DNA from: Promethearchaeia archaeon | Lineage (GTDB): Archaea; Asgardarchaeota; Lokiarchaeia; Sigyniarchaeales; SOKP01 | Reading direction: 5' to 3' | NCBI GenBank assembly: GCA_046497275.1 | Contig: JAWOFX010000175.1 | Location: forward strand, 1-32,000 | Length of the DNA: 32,000 nt | In this document: one piece after another, positions 25,571 to 32,000 of the stretch | Position numbering within the stretch: the first letter of the stretch is position 1 | Layout of the letters: every line of letters starts with the position of its first letter | The notes under the pieces: generated by a model | The model's input: the letters and a program-made list of their open reading frames with translations, nothing else | The model's database searches: none | Told to the model about the DNA's origin: nothing | Made by a program: the position numbers and the translations under genes

Positions 25571-26617
25571 ATGAGAATAATTGATCTCAGATCTGATACC
25601 TTTACAAAACCAAATGAAGAAATGTGGAAAAGATTAAGAGCGTTAGATAATTCAGAAATTGGAGATGATGTATATGGAGAAGATCCAACAGTAAATGCCT
25701 TGGAAGAGAAAGCAGCAAAGATGATAGGGAAGGAGGGCGCTTTATATGTCACTTCTGGAACCCAAGGTAATCTAGTCTCTCTCATGGCACATACGAATCC
25801 CGATGATACAATCTTAGTCGAAGAATTAAGTCATATTTTTCAAAATGAGATAACTAGTGCTACTCAAATCGCACGATTAAAAGTTAGAACATATTCATCA
25901 AATAGGGGAGTTCCAAAACTCAAGGATCTTTCGAAGAGTATTGAAAAAACTAAAAAAAATCCCTCTCCTTTGAAAGTTATTGTTTCGGAAAATACACATA
26001 ATTATCATGGGGGAGCAATAATAAAACCAGAGATATTAAAAGACATTAATAAAATAGCCAAAAAATATGAATTAAAATTGCATTTAGATGGAGCAAGAAT
26101 ATTTAATGCCGCTGTTGGTCTTGATATAAAAGTAACCGAATTAACACAACATGCTGATAGTATTATGTTTTGCTTATCTAAAGGTCTTTCCTGTCCTGTA
26201 GGATCTTTAGTAGCTGGCTCAAAAAGCTTTATTTCTAAAGCGAGGAAATACAGAAAAATGGTAGGAGGAGGAATGCGACAAGCAGGAATAATTGCTTCAT
26301 TTGGATTAGATGCATTGGAGACAAAATGGATACAAAGATTGGAAGAGGATCATATAAATGCAACATTTTTAGCTAATGGAATGAAAAATCTGAATCTCCC
26401 GATAGAAATAAATAAACCAGATAGTAATATGGTTATAGTTTCTATTCCAAAAGAGCTAAGAATTGGAAAAGTAATAAGAATACTAGGAAATGACGGAATA
26501 TTAGCTTTACCTATTGATAAGCAAAAGATTAGGTTTGTAACTCATTTTGGGATAGATCAAGACGATATCGAATATACTTTAAGGAAGATGGAAATGATCC
26601 TACCGCAGTTTTTTTAA
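25571..26617 (+). CDS. ltaE: Low-specificity L-threonine aldolase
   Basis: IDLRSDT, GDDVYGEDPTV, SGTQGN, ENTHN, HLDGARIFNA, CLSKGL and GGGMRQAG. Confidence 0.93.
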   Translation: MRIIDLRSDTFTKPNEEMWKRLRALDNSEIGDDVYGEDPTVNALEEKAAKMIGKEGALYVTSGTQGNLVSLMAHTNPDDTILVEELSHIFQNEITSATQIARLKVRTYSSNRGVPKLKDLSKSIEKTKKNPSPLKVIVSENTHNYHGGAIIKPEILKDINKIAKKYELKLHLDGARIFNAAVGLDIKVTELTQHADSIMFCLSKGLSCPVGSLVAGSKSFISKARKYRKMVGGGMRQAGIIASFGLDALETKWIQRLEEDHINATFLANGMKNLNLPIEINKPDSNMVIVSIPKELRIGKVIRILGNDGILALPIDKQKIRFVTHFGIDQDDIEYTLRKMEMILPQFF

Positions 26618-26810
26618 TTATTGATATTGGTTTTAAGAAATTTTTATTATCCTAAAAATTACGTTAAAAAAAACTTTAATTATTTTCTAGAATATAGATT
26701 TAATTTCTCTTTAATAGAATTATATTTTTAAAAAATTGGTTTAAAATAATATAAAATATTTACTCTTTTTAGGAATAATTGAAAGGGATAGATATTAATT
26801 TAAAGACTGA

Positions 26811-28607
26811 TTGAATTTGAGTAATAAAAAAGATAAAGTTTGGATTTTAACATTTGAATATAAAGGTATAGCGAAAGTTGGTGGATTAGGGGAGGTTCCA
26901 GCAAATCAAGCATTAAGCTTAAAAGATTACTATAATTTTCAAGTATTTATCCCATCTCACGGACAATTGGAAAGAATAGAAAAAGAATACCTAGTTAAAA
27001 AATTACCTATTGAATGTTTTGGTGAGATTCAGCTTAGATCTCAAGGGATTTATAATATAAAGGGCAATTATGAAATCGGATTCTATAAATTCAAATTAAA
27101 TGGTATAGAGATAATATTATTAAAGGGAGAGAATGAATTTACAGAACAATTTCTCGATGATAATGGAGTATATAATCCAGATACATTTGAAGGAAAATTA
27201 GCCCTTTATACTAAAGGGATGCAGTGTTATTTAAGTTCTCTAATAAGTAATAATAAAGAAAATATACCTGATATTGTTCATCTTCATGATTTCCACGCGG
27301 TAATCCCATATATTTCAATGAAACAAGAACTTTTTAGAAATAATCTTGAAATACCTTCAATCATCACAATTCACCTTTTAACTTGGCCGAGGTATGATTT
27401 AGAATTTTTAAGAAACTGTGGAATAGATGATACTCCAATAAAGATAAGACGTGAAGGAGGAATGGAAGAGATGACAATTGAAGAGATCTTTCATCTATTG
27501 AGTACTTCAGAAGAAAAAAAGGATAAAAAACCTCCTACAATGGAAAAGATCGGTGCATTTATATGCGACTTAGTTATCTCAGTTAGTAAATCTTATTTAG
27601 AATCTGAGATCATCCCAAATCTAGGAGATAATTTAATCAAGTATAAAGCGGATTTTGTTTGGAATGGTTCTGATTGGGATTACTATGAGATGAGAAAAAA
27701 AGTTCTTAACGATTTAGAGAAAGATATAAGAGATTATTTACATATTCCGCCCGACCAAGAGATTAAACGGTATCATATGAAAGATTTTCTTTTAACTTAT
27801 AAGATAGGTAATTTAGATCAAAGTCCATTGATAAATTCTAAAAAAATATTACATAAAATCAATCAAATCTCCAATGGAAATCAATTTGTAAGGAATGGGA
27901 GGATTAAAGCATTTAATGAATCGGGGCCATTAGCTATTACAACAGGTCGTATTTCAAAGCAAAAAGGGTTCGAAATCATTTTAGAGTCTATTCCAAAGAT
28001 TATAAAAGTAATTCCCGATGCCAAATTTCTATTTCTTATTTTACCAACAGAATATAGTATTGACAAAATTGAAGAATATTCTCAATATGTTAAAAAATAT
28101 CAAAATAATTTAAGAATAATTTTCGGGGTCGCATCTGATATATTTAATTTAGCTCATTTAAGTGCAGATGTGTATTGTGCATTATCTCGCTGGGAACCTT
28201 TTGGTATTATCGCATTAGAGGCAATGGCATCAAAATTACCAGTTATTGCTACGAAAGTTGGAGGATTACAAGAATCTGTCATAGATATCAGGAAAGATTC
28301 AGAGAAAGGCACGGGGATATTAATTAATAAACATGATAAAGAGGATTTTATTGCTGCTGTAATGTCCATTTTTCAATTATCAAATTTAAATGAAACATTC
28401 AAAAAGAGTAATAAAATTGATTCAGAGTTGATTAAAAAAATTCCAGATAAAGAAATTAGAAAACTTGCCAAAGAAAATCCTAGTTATTATACTAAAATGA
28501 AAGAGAACTGCTATAAAAGAGTTGAAGATCAATTTCGATGGACAGAAGTTTCGAAAAGATTGCGAATGTTATATGAGCAAATAATAAATTTTCATAAATA
28601 TCCTTAA
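26811..28607 (+). CDS. glgA: Glycogen synthase (GT5-like, archaeal type)
   Basis: KVGGLG near the N-terminus, VHLHDFH, VSKSY, GRISKQKG and SRWEPFGIIALEAMA. Requires a TTG start because the first in-frame ATG lies well after KVGG. Confidence 0.85.
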   Translation: MNLSNKKDKVWILTFEYKGIAKVGGLGEVPANQALSLKDYYNFQVFIPSHGQLERIEKEYLVKKLPIECFGEIQLRSQGIYNIKGNYEIGFYKFKLNGIEIILLKGENEFTEQFLDDNGVYNPDTFEGKLALYTKGMQCYLSSLISNNKENIPDIVHLHDFHAVIPYISMKQELFRNNLEIPSIITIHLLTWPRYDLEFLRNCGIDDTPIKIRREGGMEEMTIEEIFHLLSTSEEKKDKKPPTMEKIGAFICDLVISVSKSYLESEIIPNLGDNLIKYKADFVWNGSDWDYYEMRKKVLNDLEKDIRDYLHIPPDQEIKRYHMKDFLLTYKIGNLDQSPLINSKKILHKINQISNGNQFVRNGRIKAFNESGPLAITTGRISKQKGFEIILESIPKIIKVIPDAKFLFLILPTEYSIDKIEEYSQYVKKYQNNLRIIFGVASDIFNLAHLSADVYCALSRWEPFGIIALEAMASKLPVIATKVGGLQESVIDIRKDSEKGTGILINKHDKEDFIAAVMSIFQLSNLNETFKKSNKIDSELIKKIPDKEIRKLAKENPSYYTKMKENCYKRVEDQFRWTEVSKRLRMLYEQIINFHKYP

Positions 28608-28623
28608 AAAACGGGTTAAAACC

Positions 28624-29787
28624 TTGGTATATTCAAAAAAACTTGCTTATCTCATTCTAAGCACAGTTCTGGTTTTTAATATCATTGGTATGGCAATTTA
28701 TTCTTACATTGGACGATATCTTTTAATTTTAGGGACGGCAAAAATTGTAATACAAATCATTGTCACATTACTTCCGTTCTCATCTTTTATTTTTCCTCCT
28801 ATTTTTGGCAAATTATCAGATAAATTTCAAAATCGTAGATTATTCATATTAATCGGCGCTTTAAGTTTACCAATAATATTTGTTTTATTTTTATTTATTA
28901 CAAATTTGATTTTAATTATTATTTTGGTCTTATTATACGGAATATGTAGCTCTCTGATAGGATTGAATTTTATTTTATATCAAGAAGTCGTCTTTAATGA
29001 TCAAAAATATATTTCATACTATAATTCGATGATAGTTTTAGGCTGGTTTTTTGGGGCTCAGCTATGTGGAATCTTTATTGATATGTTTGGGATTAATAAT
29101 TTATTTCTTTTTCTTCTTATTTTTTCATTTTTGGAATTAGCATTAACATTATTACTCAAGGAGGAAAGAGAACTTATTCTAAAAGGCTTTGACAAATATC
29201 ACACAAAATATAATCTAAAACTTTTTGACCAAGAAATAGAACTTTCAATCAGTAGATCTATATATTATGCTTTATTCTTTCGAAATTTCGGTATTAGACC
29301 GATAATGTCTATTCTTACGATTATTATGGCATTTCATTTATCAACAGATTTAGAAATTGGATTTTTAGTGGGTTTTAATCCATTGATCCAATTCTTTTTG
29401 ATGATTTTAATGGGAAAAATAATTTCAAAAAAGAATGAAAAATCTTTCATGGTTATTGGATATTTATTGAGCGGGGTAGTTATTTTAGGATATATTCTTT
29501 CTTTTAATTTTTTTCATTATTTAATTTTTCAAATTCTTGTTTCTTTTAGTTATTCAATGTTTTGGTCAGCTACACATTTCTATATCGCCCAAAATACTAC
29601 ACCAGAAAACAAGGGACAATTTGTTAGTCTTGCTAATTCAAGTTTTTACCTAGGCAGTTTTATAGGAGGATTATTTTTTAGTGGTGTTTTAGCAATTTTT
29701 CCGGATTATTCTATCGCAATGATTCCGCTAATAATATTCCCAATAATTTCTGCTTTAATAATCAGTATAAGATTTAAGAATATTTAA
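28624..29787 (+). CDS. MFS transporter
   Basis: Highly hydrophobic 387 aa with motif A-like GKLSDKFQNRR and a second-half KG. TTG start. Confidence 0.8.
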   Translation: MVYSKKLAYLILSTVLVFNIIGMAIYSYIGRYLLILGTAKIVIQIIVTLLPFSSFIFPPIFGKLSDKFQNRRLFILIGALSLPIIFVLFLFITNLILIIILVLLYGICSSLIGLNFILYQEVVFNDQKYISYYNSMIVLGWFFGAQLCGIFIDMFGINNLFLFLLIFSFLELALTLLLKEERELILKGFDKYHTKYNLKLFDQEIELSISRSIYYALFFRNFGIRPIMSILTIIMAFHLSTDLEIGFLVGFNPLIQFFLMILMGKIISKKNEKSFMVIGYLLSGVVILGYILSFNFFHYLIFQILVSFSYSMFWSATHFYIAQNTTPENKGQFVSLANSSFYLGSFIGGLFFSGVLAIFPDYSIAMIPLIIFPIISALIISIRFKNI

Positions 29788-29833
29788 AAATTTGAATATT
29801 AAAAAAAGAGAAAAAAGAGAATTGATAAAGTTT

Positions 29834-30658
29834 TTATTTCCATTTCCATGTGGGCTTTTTCTTCATCATTCTACTTAGTGCTCCCGCAGTTGCATCTTTA
29901 GTTTGGAGCAATTGCGAGCTTACTAAGGTTTCAAGCTCTAAACCTAAAGCTATATCCTTTCCATAACAATCATCGATTAATTTCTTTGCAAGACCGACCG
30001 CGAGTGGACCACTATCAACAAGTTCCTCAATATAATCATTTATAATGGAATCTAAATCATTAATGTCTTTCGCGACACGATTCACGACTCCTAAACGATA
30101 TGCTTCATTCCCATCGAATCGTCTTCCCGTAAGAATAATATCCTTAGCGCTCTGAATGCCGCAAATTCTAACTGTTCGAATTGTACCACCCACATCTGGA
30201 TTCATTCCAATCTTTGTTTCAAGCATGCTAAAGAGTGCTGATTCAGTGCAGAATCTAAAATCACAGGCCATTGATAGTTCAAATGCCATACCAAAACAAA
30301 CACCATTAATTCGAGCAATTACAGGTTTTTCCATCTTTTCTATTTTGGTAAAAATGGGATGTATCCAGGTATTTGCAAAATAGCGAAAGTTTCTTGGAAT
30401 TTTTAAATCTGGTAATACTCCTTCGGGGGCATTGCCACTGCCAGTGAGAAAGTTTAAATCAATACCAGAACTAAAAAGATCATCTCCCCCAGTAATAATA
30501 ACTACTCGAGCTTTTGTTCTTTCAACTTTATCAATAGCATCTTTTAAACCTTGCATGATTTCATAATTCATCGCATTCTTCTTATCCAAACGATTCAATT
30601 TAATCGTTGTAACAGTTTTTTGTTCATTTTCTTCGATAATTATAGCTTCATTACTCAA
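29834..30658 (-). CDS. Enoyl-CoA hydratase/isomerase (crotonase) family
   Basis: LNRLDKKNAM, FSSGIDL, KPVIARING, ELSMACD, ETKIGMNPDVGG and EAYRLGVVN; both catalytic Glu positions present. Confidence 0.9.
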   Translation of the reverse strand: MSNEAIIIEENEQKTVTTIKLNRLDKKNAMNYEIMQGLKDAIDKVERTKARVVIITGGDDLFSSGIDLNFLTGSGNAPEGVLPDLKIPRNFRYFANTWIHPIFTKIEKMEKPVIARINGVCFGMAFELSMACDFRFCTESALFSMLETKIGMNPDVGGTIRTVRICGIQSAKDIILTGRRFDGNEAYRLGVVNRVAKDINDLDSIINDYIEELVDSGPLAVGLAKKLIDDCYGKDIALGLELETLVSSQLLQTKDATAGALSRMMKKKPTWKWK

Positions 30659-30793
30659 AAAGGTTCACATCTGTTCTTATTTTAATTTTTATTATATTAT
30701 TAAATAATGATTTAAACAAAAAGTTATATTAATATTTACACTTTTAAGGTAAAAATTAGGCGTTCGAGGAATCTGTTGATTAATTAGATGTCT

Positions 30794-32000
30794 TTATTTA
30801 TACCAAAAAGGATATAAATTTTGAATTATCGCATTTTTTTTATCAGGGATGATCTCAACTGATTTTTTTATCCAATCGGAAATCCATTGATATTTTTGTT
30901 TGAATCGAGAGTCCATGAAAATTATAGATCCTTTATCTGTAAGTTTTCGTATCGGTCTTCCTGACGCTTGATTAGCTCTCTGCATTGCAGGGTAAAGATA
31001 AGCGAAATTCCATCCTTGCTTGTCAAATACTTTATCATAATAAGATATTTTCGCATTAATTCGAGGTGTGGGAAGGTGATATGGAACTCCTACAATTATA
31101 ACTCCATTCATAGTTTCTCCCGGATAATCTTCTCCTTCTGAATTCCTTCCTCCACAAACTCCCAAAAGTACACCTCCTTTATCTTGAGATTTTGACATCG
31201 ATTTAAAATCTTCGATCATTAGTGAGTTTTCAGAAGCAGAAAATCCGGGTTCTTCAAAAAATAGTTTTTTATTATTGTGTTTAACAATATCCATTACATT
31301 ATTGTCGAGAAGTGCATTTAATACTTTATATGATGCACAAAAAATTCCTACGTTTGCTGGAGTACAATAAAGGACCTCATCGATTTTTTCTATAATTTTT
31401 TTATACATTGAAGTAGTTCTATTTTCTCTTCTTGTATCTATTCCCTCTGTTATCAGTACTTTAATATTCTTTTTCAAAAAGGGAGATTTAGCAATAATTG
31501 CTTTATACGATTTCCCACTTTGGTTTAATCCTAATAAATTATTATATACATAAGGATTGACCGTTCCAGAAAGATGAAGACTAGCATAACAAGACTTTAA
31601 TATAGGAATTGAAATTTCTCTTGGATCTAATGCTATAATTTCCAAAGAAATGTTTCTCTTTTCATTTTTACTCGAAATATTATAGGAAAAGAAATAACTT
31701 TCCAGAGGTTGTGATTCGATCCACTTATACCAAAAATCTGCCAAACTCCCCAAATAATCTCTGGAAATCTCTCCATTTGATACTCTCTCTTCGTGAATGG
31801 AAGTGCTCAAATCGTATAAATCCGTTAAAAAATTTTTAAATTCTGCCACATCATTTAATCCCATTTTGATAATAATTTCATTGAGTAATTTTTGAGGATT
31901 AATTGCTTTTTCATTTACACTTAAAGATTTTTTTTTTTTATCTAAATGAGTGAGTAGAATATTAACAAATCTCTGCATTATTGAACGAGCCCTATATAAC
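30794..32000 (-). CDS. xpd: XPD/Rad3/DinG-family helicase, C-terminal part (runs off the right edge)
   Basis: SGT (motif III), FCASY (IV), GRNSEGEDY (V) and QASGRPIR (VI). The frame remains open upstream of the track's ATG to the window end (LYRARSI-MQRF). Confidence 0.82.
   Translation of the reverse strand, partial: LYRARSIMQRFVNILLTHLDKKKKSLSVNEKAINPQKLLNEIIIKMGLNDVAEFKNFLTDLYDLSTSIHEERVSNGEISRDYLGSLADFWYKWIESQPLESYFFSYNISSKNEKRNISLEIIALDPREISIPILKSCYASLHLSGTVNPYVYNNLLGLNQSGKSYKAIIAKSPFLKKNIKVLITEGIDTRRENRTTSMYKKIIEKIDEVLYCTPANVGIFCASYKVLNALLDNNVMDIVKHNNKKLFFEEPGFSASENSLMIEDFKSMSKSQDKGGVLLGVCGGRNSEGEDYPGETMNGVIIVGVPYHLPTPRINAKISYYDKVFDKQGWNFAYLYPAMQRANQASGRPIRKLTDKGSIIFMDSRFKQKYQWISDWIKKSVEIIPDKKNAIIQNLYPFWYK

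Noticed and set aside
1-32000. tRNA, rRNA, CRISPR arrays, IS elements, integrases or prophage genes
   Set aside because: No GC-rich structured RNA segments, regularly spaced repeats or transposase/integrase motifs were seen; intergenic regions are short and AT-rich. A covariance-model search was not run.

Overview
AT-rich (roughly 30% GC by eye), gene-dense archaeal window, most consistent with an Asgard archaeon of the Lokiarchaeia type. This is inferred from a Snf7-like ESCRT-III, ribosomal protein L35Ae, archaeal 3-dehydroquinate synthase II, short core-MetE, tungsten AOR and GGTGA-type Shine-Dalgarno sites. About 26 CDS, two truncated by the window edges (GH57 at left, XPD/Rad3 helicase at right). 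I found no rRNA, tRNA, CRISPR array, transposase or integrase. Two regions stand out. (1) 2.2-6.2 kb: a stand-alone ESCRT-III gene whose N-terminus can only be made from a non-AUG (ATC) start or a one-base slip, near a 717-aa protein with FYVE/B-box-like zinc fingers, coiled coil, a PH/GRAM-like segment, an N/Q/Y/P-rich prion-like region and a steadiness-box-like C-terminus; this is a candidate new ESCRT-associated adaptor. (2) 11-26.6 kb: a catabolic neighbourhood (split UxaA dehydratase, wHTH regulator, AOR, class-III aminotransferase plus ThDP enzyme, D-aminoacylase, Zn-ADH, GPH transporter, RidA plus DSD1-type PLP enzyme, L-threonine aldolase) that may channel D-/L-amino acids through aldehydes. 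All family calls come from motif recognition; no database searches were run.
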